A stretch of 64,000 nucleotides of DNA from Flavobacteriales bacterium. GTDB taxonomy: Bacteria; Bacteroidota; Bacteroidia; Flavobacteriales_F; PHOS-HE28. The stretch lies in the NCBI GenBank assembly GCA_016788285.1, contig JAEUSW010000076.1:1134-65133 (forward strand), in the 5' to 3' direction. Below the pieces are notes generated by a model. That model searched no databases, was not told the DNA's origin, and saw nothing but the letters and a program-made list of their open reading frames with translations. This document shows, one piece after another, positions 56,183 to 64,000 of the stretch; positions within the stretch are counted from its first letter, which is position 1; each line of letters begins with the position of its first letter. Made by a program: the position numbers and the translations under genes.

Positions 56183-56545
56183 ATGTGGGTGGACCGGATG
56201 CGTTGGTCCCGTGTGGACGATCCGCGCGTGGCTGCGCTGCCCGTGGACGGGCACCTGAGGTTGGTCCTGAACGGGCATGTGCTGCGTCTCGTGCGCACCC
56301 AGGCCGGACTGTTCGCCTTGGAGGACCGCTGTCCACATCAGGGCCGGAGTTTCGAAGGAGGCTGGTGCGAAGAGGGGCGGCTGGTGTGCCCGTGGCATCG
56401 GTTCGCCTTCGACCCGGCCTCGGGCAGGGCCTTGCACGGAAGCACGGTGAACGTGGGCACCCACCCGGTGGAACAGCGCCAGGACGGCATTTACATCGGC
56501 TTCCCGTACGTCACGTTCAGGCTGTTCGGCCTCGATCTGTGGTGA
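56183..56545 (+). CDS. Rieske [2Fe-2S] domain protein
   Basis: CPHQG...(17)...CPWH Rieske cluster-binding motifs. Confidence 0.7.
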   Translation: MWVDRMRWSRVDDPRVAALPVDGHLRLVLNGHVLRLVRTQAGLFALEDRCPHQGRSFEGGWCEEGRLVCPWHRFAFDPASGRALHGSTVNVGTHPVEQRQDGIYIGFPYVTFRLFGLDLW

Positions 56546-56908
56546 TCAGCCGAACAGCACGGCGGCGAGGGCCAGCAGGGCCGGCAGGCCTTGGACGAAG
56601 AAGATGGAGCGCTCTGCGCTGAGGGCGCCGTAGATGCCGGCGACGGCCACGCAGCCCAGGAAGAAACACGCCACATGACGCGCCCAGGTCGGATCGCCGA
56701 TCAACAGGCTCCAACAGAGGCCCGCCGAGAGGAAGCCGTTGTAAAGCCCCTGGTTCGCGGCCAGCGCTTTCGTGCGCGGGAAGAGGTCCGCGGGCATCGA
56801 GCGGAACACCTTGGGCGCGCGTGTGGTCCATGCGAACATCTCCAACCAGAGGATGTAGAGATGCTCCAAGGCCACCAGGGCGATCAGCAGCTTGGCGATC
56901 AGGCTCAT
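56546..56908 (-). CDS. DUF1304 family small membrane protein
   Basis: Four predicted TM helices in 120 aa. Conserved EMFAW / ANQGLYNGFLAAGL-like pattern. Confidence 0.55.
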   Translation of the reverse strand: MSLIAKLLIALVALEHLYILWLEMFAWTTRAPKVFRSMPADLFPRTKALAANQGLYNGFLSAGLCWSLLIGDPTWARHVACFFLGCVAVAGIYGALSAERSIFFVQGLPALLALAAVLFG

Positions 56909-56918
56909 GGCGCTCCGG

Positions 56919-57788
56919 TCAGACGGCGCTGAGCGGGAAGCTGTCCTTCAGCCGCACGCCTTTCTCCGTCTCCTGAACGGTACAGCATTGGTTCGTCGCA
57001 TCGTGCTCGAAGAAGAGCACATGGTCCTCCCGCGCCGCGAGTTCCAGGACATCGCTCTTCTCCTGCAGCGTCAACAAGGGCCGTGTATCATAGCCCATCA
57101 CCCACGGCAGAGGGATGTGGTGCACGCTGGGCAGCAGATCGGCCATGTAGATGAGGGTGCGTCCCTTGTGCGCGATGAAGGGGACCATCATCGCATCGGT
57201 GTGGCCGTTCACCAGGAGCACGCCGAAGCCGGGGAACAGCTCCGGCAGGAACAGGTTCTCCTCGGCGCTACGTCGTCCCACGTCCACGAACTTCAGTTGT
57301 CCGCTCTCCTGGATGGGCAGGATGTTCTCCCTCAGGAAGCTGGCCTTCTCACGGGCGTTCGGGTTGGTGGCCCACTTCCAATGGTGTTCGTTGCTCCAGT
57401 AGGTGGCGTTCCGGAAGGCCGGTTCGTAGCCGTCGCGCCTGCTGTTCCACCGGATGCTGCCACCGCAGTGGTCGAAGTGCAGGTGGGTGAGGAACACGTC
57501 CGTGATGTCGTCCCGATGGAACCCCGCCGCCTTCAGGGAACTGTCCAACGTGGCGTCCCCGTGAGGTTCGTAGTGGCTGAAGAACCGGCTGTCCTGCTTG
57601 TCGCCAAGCCCGTTGTCGATGAGGATCCGGCGGTCGCCGTTCACCACCAGCAGGCAGCGCATGGCCCAGGTGCAGAGGTTCTTCTCGTCGGGCGGGTGGG
57701 CCTTGCTCCAGAGGGTCTTGGGCACCACGCCGAACATGGCGCCGCCGTCGAGCTTGAAGAGACCGGTGTCGATGACGTGGAGTTCCAT
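56919..57788 (-). CDS. MBL-fold metallo-hydrolase
   Basis: HxHxDH motif (LTHLHFDHCGG) and later His and Asp ligands. Confidence 0.8.
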   Translation of the reverse strand: MELHVIDTGLFKLDGGAMFGVVPKTLWSKAHPPDEKNLCTWAMRCLLVVNGDRRILIDNGLGDKQDSRFFSHYEPHGDATLDSSLKAAGFHRDDITDVFLTHLHFDHCGGSIRWNSRRDGYEPAFRNATYWSNEHHWKWATNPNAREKASFLRENILPIQESGQLKFVDVGRRSAEENLFLPELFPGFGVLLVNGHTDAMMVPFIAHKGRTLIYMADLLPSVHHIPLPWVMGYDTRPLLTLQEKSDVLELAAREDHVLFFEHDATNQCCTVQETEKGVRLKDSFPLSAV

Positions 57789-57912
57789 CTTGGTGCGCCG
57801 AAGCTACGCCACCGGTCGGCCGTGACCGTTGCGCCGCTGCCCACACCCCCTCGTTGAAGCATTCCATGGGCACGTGACCGCATCAGCCCATGGGCGCATG
57901 CACCTTCGCCCC

Positions 57913-59274
57913 ATGCGCACGGTCCATTTCATCGCCATCGGCGGCAGCGCCATGCACAACCTGGCCATCGCCCTGCACCAGAAGGGCTACGAGGTCACCG
58001 GCAGCGACGACGAGATCTTCGAGCCCAGCCGCAGCCGCCTCGACCGCCTGGGCCTGCTGCCCGACAAGCTCGGCTGGGACCCGCTGCGCATCCATGCCGG
58101 CATCGACGCGGTGATCCTGGGCATGCACGCCCGCGCCGACAACCCCGAGCTGATCCGAGCGCAGGAGCTCGGCATACCCGTCTTCAGCTACCCTTCGTAC
58201 TTCCACGAGCAGACCAAGGACAAGACGCGCGTGGTGATCGGTGGCAGCCACGGCAAGACCACCATCACCAGCATGATCATCCATGTGCTGCGGCATGCGG
58301 GCGTGGAGTTCGACTACCTCGTGGGCGCGCAGCTCGAGGGCTTCGACTGCATGGTGCGCCTGAGCCCCACGAGCCGGGTGGCCATCATCGAGGGCGACGA
58401 GTACCTCGCCTCGGCACTGGAGCCCGTGCCCAAGTTCCACCTGTACCGGCCCGACATCGCGCTCATCAGCGGCATCGCGTGGGACCACATCAACGTGTTC
58501 AAGACCTTCGAGAGCTACGTGGACCAGTTCCGCCGGTTCATCCAGGTGATCGAGCCCGGTGGCAAGCTCGTGTACTGCGCCGAGGATGCGGAGGTGAAGC
58601 GCGTGGCGGAGGAGCCCGAGGTGCAGGCCGTGCGCATCCCGTACGGCGTGCCGGCGCACCGCATCGACGACGGCACCACGGTGCTGCTCACCCCCCGCGG
58701 TGAGGTGCCCCTCAGGGTCTTCGGCCGCCACAACCTGATGAACCTGGAGGGTGCGCGCCACGTGTGCCACCAGCTCGGCATCGGCGATGGGCTGTTCCAT
58801 GAGGCCATGCGCACCTTCCACGGCGCCGCCAAGCGCCTGGAGAAACTCGCTGAGCAGGGGAGGAAGGTGGTCTACAAGGACTTCGCCCACAGCCCGAGCA
58901 AGCTGAAGGCGACGGTGGAGGCCGTGCGCGAGCAGTTCCCCGGCCGCAAGCTGGTGGCCTGCATGGAGCTGCACACCTACAGCAGCTTGAGCGAGGGCTT
59001 CCTCGACCAGTACGCCGGTGCCATGGACCGGGCCGATTCGGCCATCGTGTTCTACGACCCGCATGCCGTGCAGCTGAAGCGGCTGCCGCCGATCCCGCCG
59101 GACCGCATCCGGCAAGGCTTCGCCCGCGCGGACCTTCAGGTGCTCAGTGACCCCATCCAGCTCATGGGCGCGGTGCGCGCGGCCCAGGCGGATCCCGGGG
59201 TGCTGTTGATGATGAGCAGCGGCAATTTCGGCGGGCTCGACCTGCAGGCCTTGAGCGAGGCGTTCATCGCCTGA
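57913..59274 (+). CDS. mpl: UDP-N-acetylmuramate:L-alanyl-gamma-D-glutamyl-meso-diaminopimelate ligase (murein peptide ligase)
   Basis: Mur ligase N-terminus [19 protein letters not shown]-loop [21 protein letters not shown] and NLEFDH-like (AWDHINVF) motifs. Confidence 0.8.
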   Translation: MRTVHFIAIGGSAMHNLAIALHQKGYEVTGSDDEIFEPSRSRLDRLGLLPDKLGWDPLRIHAGIDAVILGMHARADNPELIRAQELGIPVFSYPSYFHEQTKDKTRVVIGGSHGKTTITSMIIHVLRHAGVEFDYLVGAQLEGFDCMVRLSPTSRVAIIEGDEYLASALEPVPKFHLYRPDIALISGIAWDHINVFKTFESYVDQFRRFIQVIEPGGKLVYCAEDAEVKRVAEEPEVQAVRIPYGVPAHRIDDGTTVLLTPRGEVPLRVFGRHNLMNLEGARHVCHQLGIGDGLFHEAMRTFHGAAKRLEKLAEQGRKVVYKDFAHSPSKLKATVEAVREQFPGRKLVACMELHTYSSLSEGFLDQYAGAMDRADSAIVFYDPHAVQLKRLPPIPPDRIRQGFARADLQVLSDPIQLMGAVRAAQADPGVLLMMSSGNFGGLDLQALSEAFIA

Positions 59275-59285
59275 CCGGGACCGTG

Positions 59286-59759
59286 TCAGTGCATCCTGCG
59301 GAGCACCTTGTGCACCAGCAGGGTCGTCAGCAGCGCGTTGAATGCGCCCAGGAGCAGGAGCAGGAAGAACGACAGGCTGGCGTAGTTGAACGGGGTGAAG
59401 AACCGCTCGAACCGCGAACGCGCCTCGGCTTCCGGATGTCCGGCGGCCACCGCCTGGTCCACCAGTGCGTTGATGTGCACCGGGAACGAGGTGACGTCCA
59501 TCCAGGTGTAGAAGGCCAGCAGGAAGGCCGCCATCACCAGGGTGTACAACGCGGTGGCCCGGAATCCCACGCGGAACAACTGTGGGACCCCGCTGCGCGG
59601 TTCACCGTGCAGTTGCTCCCGCGCCGCCAGGAAGGGGATGATCACCAGGGCGAGCAGGTGCACGGGCATGAAGTACGGCGGGTCCGGGGCCCGATCGGCA
59701 CCCAGCAGCACGACGCGCAGCGCCATCGCGGCCAGGGCGACGAAGAAGGCGGTTTTCAC
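59286..59759 (-). CDS. DUF4199-like small membrane protein
   Basis: Four TM helices with a conserved C-terminal basic tail. Family assignment is tentative. Confidence 0.45.
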   Translation of the reverse strand: MKTAFFVALAAMALRVVLLGADRAPDPPYFMPVHLLALVIIPFLAAREQLHGEPRSGVPQLFRVGFRATALYTLVMAAFLLAFYTWMDVTSFPVHINALVDQAVAAGHPEAEARSRFERFFTPFNYASLSFFLLLLLGAFNALLTTLLVHKVLRRMH

Positions 59760-59784
59760 GAGGGTTGTGGGATCACGGCGTTGA

Positions 59785-59870
59785 GTGGCGAGTCGCGAGT
59801 GAGTGCACCCTTCGCCTACGGTCAGGGTGACAAGCTCTCACTCGCCACTCGTTGCTCGCTACTCGTCACT
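59785..59870. repeat. GAGTGGCGAG/CGAGTGA-type imperfect long inverted repeat (copy A) between the convergent rho and DUF4199 genes
   Basis: The left arm gagtggcgagtcgcgagtga pairs with the right arm ctcactcgccactcg...ctactcgtcactc. It is 18/20 identical to the left arm of copy B at 62384-62403. Confidence 0.6.
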
Positions 59871-59872
59871 CT

Positions 59873-61699
59873 TCAACCGTTCATCGACACGAGGAACTCC
59901 TCGTTGCTCTTGGTGCCCTCCATGCGGGTCTTGATGAACTCCATGGCTTCAACGGGGTTCATGTCGGCGAGGTGCTTGCGCAGGATCCAGGTGCGCTGCA
60001 GCACGTCCTTGTGGTGCAGCAGGTCGTCCCGGCGGGTGCCGCTGCTCTGGATGTCGATGGCCGGGAAGATGCGGCGGTTGCTGATCTTCCGGTCGAGCTG
60101 CAGTTCCATGTTGCCCGTGCCTTTGAACTCCTCGAAGATCACCTCGTCCATCTTGCTTCCGGTGTCCACCAGGGCGGTGGCCAGGATGGTGAGGCTGCCC
60201 CCGTTCTCGATCTTCCGCGCGGCGCCGAAGAAGCGTTTGGGCTTTTGCAGGGCGTTGGCGTCCACACCGCCGGAGAGGATCTTGCCGCTGGCGGGCTGCA
60301 CCGTGTTGTAGGCGCGGGCCAGTCGGGTGATGGAATCGAGCAGGATCACCACGTCGTGTCCGCATTCGGTGAGGCACTTGGCCTTCTCCAGCACCATGCT
60401 GGCCACCTGCACGTGGCGGCTGGCCGGCTCATCGAAGGTGCTGGCGATCACCTCGGCGTTCACGCTGCGGGCCATGTCCGTCACCTCCTCGGGCCGCTCG
60501 TCGACCAGCAGCACGATCAGGTACACCTCGGGGTGGTTGGCGGCGATGGCGTTGGCCACATCCTTCAGCAGGATGGTCTTGCCGGTCTTGGGCTGCGCCA
60601 CGATGAGGCCGCGCTGGCCCTTGCCGATGGGGGCGAAGAGGTCCAGCACGCGCATGCTGAGGTTCGGGTTCTTGCCCGTGAGGTTGAACTTCTCATCGGG
60701 GAAGAGGGGCGTGAGGAACTTGAAGGGCACCCGGTCTCGCACCCATTCGGGGTCGCGGCCATTGATGCGGTCGATCTTCACCAGGGGGAAGAACTTGTCC
60801 CCTTCGCGCGGCGGGCGCACGAACCCGCTCACGGAATCGCCCAGCTTGAGGCCGGCCTGCTTGATCTGCTGCTGGCTCACGTACACATCGTCCGGCGAGG
60901 CCAGGTAGTTGTAATCGCTGCTGCGCAGGAAGCCATAGCCCTCGGGCATGATCTCCAGCACCCCCTCGCACTCCACGAAGGCATCGAAGGTGATCTGCTC
61001 GCGCTGCTCCTGCCGCGGACGGTCCTGCCGTGGTTCCTGTGGTCGCTGTCCCTGGCCCTGGTCGCGAGGGCCGTCGGGGCGCCCCTGGTCATGCCGCGGT
61101 TGATCACCGCGGTCGCGGCGGTCCTCGCGGCGGTCCTCGCGACGGTCACCGTTGGCCTGCCCGCCTTCACGCCGCTCGTCGCGGAAGCGCTCCCGGCGAT
61201 CGTCGCGCTCGCCGCCTTCCCGGGGCGGCGTCACCTGATCGCCCCGTTCGCGCCGCTCACGCCGCTCGAATCGCTCGCGGCGGTCGTCCCGACGGGGTTC
61301 GCGGTTCTCGGTCCGCGCGGCCACCGGTCCGGATGGGGGAGGAGCTTCCGGTCCGGGGTCGGCCGGAGCCTTGTCCGCAGCCGTCCCCGCGTCATCACCC
61401 TCCTCGTCCTCCTCGTCCTCCTCCTCGTCGTCGGCTTCCTCATCACCATCGTCGCCATCCTCCGCAGGGGCGGGTTCAGGATCGGGCGCGGGCACCGGGT
61501 CCTCGTCGGCCACGGCCTCCAGGGCGATGGCATCGGTGTCCTGGCGGGCCGAAGCGGGGGGCGCACCGCCCTGGGCCTCCAGGATGCGGGCGATGAGGTC
61601 CTGCTTCTTCAGCGTATCGGCCTTCTTGATGTTGAGCTGCTTGGCGATCTCCCGGAGCTCGGCGAGCTTCAAGCTCTCCAGCGCGTTCTTGTCGGGCAT
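59873..61699 (-). CDS. rho: Transcription termination factor Rho with a roughly 300-aa low-complexity N-terminal insertion (acidic D/E tract followed by an RE/RD-rich tract)
   Basis: C-terminal RecA-like ATPase with Walker A (GKTILLKD), Q- and R-loops and the OB-fold CSD region. The insertion between the N-terminal helix bundle ([20 protein letters not shown]) and the CSD is typical of Bacteroidota Rho. The start was taken at the [11 protein letters not shown] using the ORF frame. Confidence 0.9.
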   Translation of the reverse strand: MPDKNALESLKLAELREIAKQLNIKKADTLKKQDLIARILEAQGGAPPASARQDTDAIALEAVADEDPVPAPDPEPAPAEDGDDGDEEADDEEEDEEDEEGDDAGTAADKAPADPGPEAPPPSGPVAARTENREPRRDDRRERFERRERRERGDQVTPPREGGERDDRRERFRDERREGGQANGDRREDRREDRRDRGDQPRHDQGRPDGPRDQGQGQRPQEPRQDRPRQEQREQITFDAFVECEGVLEIMPEGYGFLRSSDYNYLASPDDVYVSQQQIKQAGLKLGDSVSGFVRPPREGDKFFPLVKIDRINGRDPEWVRDRVPFKFLTPLFPDEKFNLTGKNPNLSMRVLDLFAPIGKGQRGLIVAQPKTGKTILLKDVANAIAANHPEVYLIVLLVDERPEEVTDMARSVNAEVIASTFDEPASRHVQVASMVLEKAKCLTECGHDVVILLDSITRLARAYNTVQPASGKILSGGVDANALQKPKRFFGAARKIENGGSLTILATALVDTGSKMDEVIFEEFKGTGNMELQLDRKISNRRIFPAIDIQSSGTRRDDLLHHKDVLQRTWILRKHLADMNPVEAMEFIKTRMEGTKSNEEFLVSMNG

Positions 61700-61886
61700 G
61701 GTGAATGGCTGTGGTGCGATGGCGCGTGCTGCGCCTTGGCGGAGGACCCGGAGGGGTCTCGTGCGGTTCGGAAAGGACTTCGGGTGGGGCGCTGGCCACC
61801 ATGGGGGGGCCTGCGCGGAACGGTCGGCGCAAACGTAGATCATTCGGCGTGAACGGCAAGGGGGGAGGTGCCATCTTTGCCGGCCC

Positions 61887-62360
61887 ATGATCCAGCGCAA
61901 GCAGACCCTGTTCCTGGCCATCGCCGCCGTGGTGGCGGCCCTGGCCAACCTGTTCCCGTTCGCCACCTACACGGTGGGCGACCTGGAGGTGGTGTTCCGT
62001 TCCACCGGCCTGTTCCGGGGTGATGGCGCCGTCCTGGAGGAGGCCAGCCCGAAGGTGCCGTTCGCCGCCGTGCTCGGCCTGCTGGCCGTGCTGCCGCTGA
62101 TCACCATCTTCTTCTACAAGGACCGGGCGCGACAGCTTCGGTTCGTGCGCTTCACCTACCTGTTCGCGCTGGGCGCCCTGGCCTTCGCCGTCATCACCGA
62201 CCGATCCATCCAGGTGTACATGGCCGGCCGGGGAGCGGTGGAGGTCTCCTATGGCGTGGCGTTCGCCGCCCCTGTCCTGGTGCTGGTGCTGGCCTTCCTG
62301 GCCGAGCGCGGCATCCGCCAGGATGAAGCGCTGATCCGCAGCATGGACCGGCTCCGGTGA
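61887..62360 (+). CDS. DUF4293 family membrane protein
   Basis: Four TM helices; the gene sits beside rho, as is usual in Bacteroidota. Confidence 0.55.
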   Translation: MIQRKQTLFLAIAAVVAALANLFPFATYTVGDLEVVFRSTGLFRGDGAVLEEASPKVPFAAVLGLLAVLPLITIFFYKDRARQLRFVRFTYLFALGALAFAVITDRSIQVYMAGRGAVEVSYGVAFAAPVLVLVLAFLAERGIRQDEALIRSMDRLR

Positions 62361-62374
62361 ACTGGGTTTTCTGG

Positions 62375-62450
62375 TCTGGAGCGGCGAGTTGCGAGTGAAC
62401 GGCCTGGGCGGTACTTCACGTGCCACTCGTCACTCAGTGCTCGCCACTCC
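62375..62450. repeat. GAGTGGCGAG/CGAGTGA-type imperfect inverted repeat (copy B) between the convergent DUF4293 and metallophosphoesterase genes
   Basis: gagcggcgagttgcgagtga ... gccactcgtcactcagtgctcgccactc. Same family as copy A. Confidence 0.6.
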
Positions 62451-62975
62451 TCCCCGTTTCCCCAGCTCCACCACCTCCAGGTCCTTGAGCTGACCGGCTG
62501 CGACGGTGAAGCGCAGCATCGTCCGCATCTGGTGCCATCCGTGCCGCCCGCAGGCGCCGGGGTTCATGTACAGCATGTTCAACGCCTCGTCGAACTTCAC
62601 CAGGCAGATGTGGGAATGCCCGCAGACGAACAGGGTGGGCGGGTCGTCGCGCAGGGCCTGGACGATGGCCCGGTCGTAGCGCGGTGGCCGACCACCGATG
62701 TGGGTGATCCACACGCGCACCCCGTCCAGCTCGAAGCGCAGGTCGGTCGGGAAGGCCCGGCGGGCGGCCGCATCGTCGATGTTGCCCACGATGGCGCGCA
62801 GCGGCTTCTCGGGGAACCAGGACCTCAGCTCGTCGGTGACCTGTAGCCCGCCGATGTCGCCGGCATGCCAGACCTCGTCGCAGGAGGCGAGGTGGGTGCG
62901 CAGGCGTGGGTCGAGCCAGCCATGCGTGTCGGACAGCAGCCCGATGCGCCGGCCGGGTGCCAGGGTCGCGGACAT
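62430..62975 (-). CDS. Metallophosphoesterase (YfcE/MJ0936 family)
   Basis: GLLSDTHG, a GD..xxG block, GNID..., and the GHSH (VCGHSHI) calcineurin-like motif. Confidence 0.75.
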   Translation of the reverse strand: MSATLAPGRRIGLLSDTHGWLDPRLRTHLASCDEVWHAGDIGGLQVTDELRSWFPEKPLRAIVGNIDDAAARRAFPTDLRFELDGVRVWITHIGGRPPRYDRAIVQALRDDPPTLFVCGHSHICLVKFDEALNMLYMNPGACGRHGWHQMRTMLRFTVAAGQLKDLEVVELGKRGGVASTE

Positions 62976-63106
62976 GAAGGCGAAGGAACGCAGGCGACCG
63001 GACACCACCGAAGGCGGAGCTAGCTTTGCCGCCCGCCGGACCCGCAGGGGGCCCGAGCGCCTGGGCTTCCCACCGGGTGGTCCAGGGCCCACCACCGATG
63101 GAGATC

Positions 63107-63862
63107 ATGCCGCGCTACTTCCTGGAGATCGCCTTCCTGGGCACGGCCTATCGCGGATGGCAGCTGCAACCGGACCGGCCCAGCGTGCAGGCCGAGGTGG
63201 AGCGGGCCATGCGCTTCGCGCTGCACCGCGAGCGGGTGAGCGTGGTGGGCTGTGGCCGCACGGATACCGGGGTGCACGCCGCCCAGTTCTTCCTGCACTT
63301 CGACCAGGGCGGCGAGGCCCCGCTGGACGACCGCTTCGTGTACAGCCTCAACAGCCTGTTGCCCGGCGACATCGGCGTGAAGCGCCTCATCGCCGTCCCC
63401 GATGATGCGCACGCGCGGTTCAGCGCCATCGAACGCGGGTACAGGTACCGGATCCATCGCCGGAAGGACCCCTTTCTCGAAGGTCGCAGCCATCAGCTGA
63501 GGCCGGCACTGGACGCCGAGGCCATGAACGCGGCCTGTGCCTCGCTCGTGGGCAAGCAGGACTTCAGCAGCTTCTGCAAGGCCGGCAGCGATGCCCGCAC
63601 CATGATCTGCGACGTGCGGCTCGCCCGGTGGACCGAGCACGCGAACGGATACGACTTCGAGATCAGGGCGGACCGTTACCTGCGCAACATGGTGCGCGCC
63701 ATCGTGGGCACCTGTCTGGTGATCGGTCGGGGTCATCGCCCCCCGGGTCACATGGCGGAGGTGTTGGCGGCCCGCGATCGCAGTGCGGCGGGCAAGTCGG
63801 CGCCGGCGCGCGGGCTCTATCTGGAGCGTGTGGTGTATCCCTTCATCCCCGTGCCCGCATGA
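63107..63862 (+). CDS. truA: tRNA pseudouridine(38-40) synthase
   Basis: YFLEIAFLGTAYRGWQ; catalytic Asp in GCGRTDTGVHAAQ; KQDFSSFCK motif. Confidence 0.9.
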   Translation: MPRYFLEIAFLGTAYRGWQLQPDRPSVQAEVERAMRFALHRERVSVVGCGRTDTGVHAAQFFLHFDQGGEAPLDDRFVYSLNSLLPGDIGVKRLIAVPDDAHARFSAIERGYRYRIHRRKDPFLEGRSHQLRPALDAEAMNAACASLVGKQDFSSFCKAGSDARTMICDVRLARWTEHANGYDFEIRADRYLRNMVRAIVGTCLVIGRGHRPPGHMAEVLAARDRSAAGKSAPARGLYLERVVYPFIPVPA

Positions 63863-64000
63863 GCGGCCAGGCCAGGGCCTTCGACCGGCGCCTCTTCGCG
63901 CGTGTGATGGCGTTCGTGCGACCGCACCGGACGCTGTTCTGGGCCACCTTCGGGCTCACGGTGCTGCTCAGCGCCCTCGGAGTGGTGCGGCCGCTTCTGA
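63859..64000 (+). CDS. ABC transporter permease/ATP-binding protein (MsbA-like), 5' fragment running off the window
   Basis: ATG overlaps the truA stop. The product MSGQARAFDRRLFARVMAFVRPHRTLFWATFGLTVLLSALGVVRPL resembles the N-terminal TM1 region of ABC exporters. Only 47 codons are visible. Confidence 0.4.
   Translation, partial: MSGQARAFDRRLFARVMAFVRPHRTLFWATFGLTVLLSALGVVRPLL

Overview
64 kb chromosomal window from a high-GC (about 67%) member of the Bacteroidota sensu lato. Phylum assignment rests on T9SS C-terminal sorting domains on several secreted proteins, a GldA/GldF/GldG-like ABC cluster with a DUF4340 partner, a GWxTD-domain protein, a DUF4293 gene beside rho, Rho with a long N-terminal insertion, and TAnnTTTG-type -7 promoter motifs. 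Gene density is high and many neighbouring genes overlap by ATGA or a few bp, consistent with operons. There are no rRNA genes, no CRISPR array and no cas genes.

Main gene content:
- A radical SAM enzyme, ThpR and acylphosphatase at the left end.
- A 1,232-aa secreted protein combining a glucose/sorbosone-dehydrogenase beta-propeller, PKD domains, a PA14 domain and dockerin-like C-terminal repeats.
- A TetR / ABC / HlyD / TolC export operon.
- A PQQ sugar dehydrogenase and a universal stress protein.
- SelD and MnmH (selenium use for tRNA 2-selenouridine).
- A LytTR response regulator with no adjacent kinase.
- A cluster of T9SS cargo: an M1 aminopeptidase, an M36-like metallopeptidase, a protein with about 833-bp internal tandem repeats of PPC-like domains, and a glycine-rich protein.
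- XerD and AroQ, a GT2 glycosyltransferase, and tRNA-Ser(UGA).
- A gld-like ABC operon, Ogt, a DUF2461 gene, YceI, a 3-hydroxyacyl-CoA dehydrogenase, RlmI, ComEC, a Rieske protein, Mpl, Rho, a metallophosphoesterase and TruA.

Two items stand out as candidates for undescribed biology:
1. A tightly overlapping four-gene operon at 37281-41492: a C39-like papain-fold peptidase, a RimK-type ATP-grasp ligase with an uncharacterised roughly 230-aa N-terminal extension, a GCS2/YbdK-type carboxylate-amine ligase, and an N-formylglutamate-amidohydrolase-like hydrolase. I predict it makes or processes a small gamma-glutamyl or peptide product.
2. A roughly 620-bp AT-shifted intergenic array at 49014-49631 with five copies of a perfect 18-24-bp palindrome (core TATGTATGGCCATACATA), separated by unique spacers 114-134 bp long. 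I cannot assign this to any standard repeat class.

All coordinates come from the supplied ORF track plus manual start refinement. No database searches were possible, so family assignments rest on recognisable motifs.
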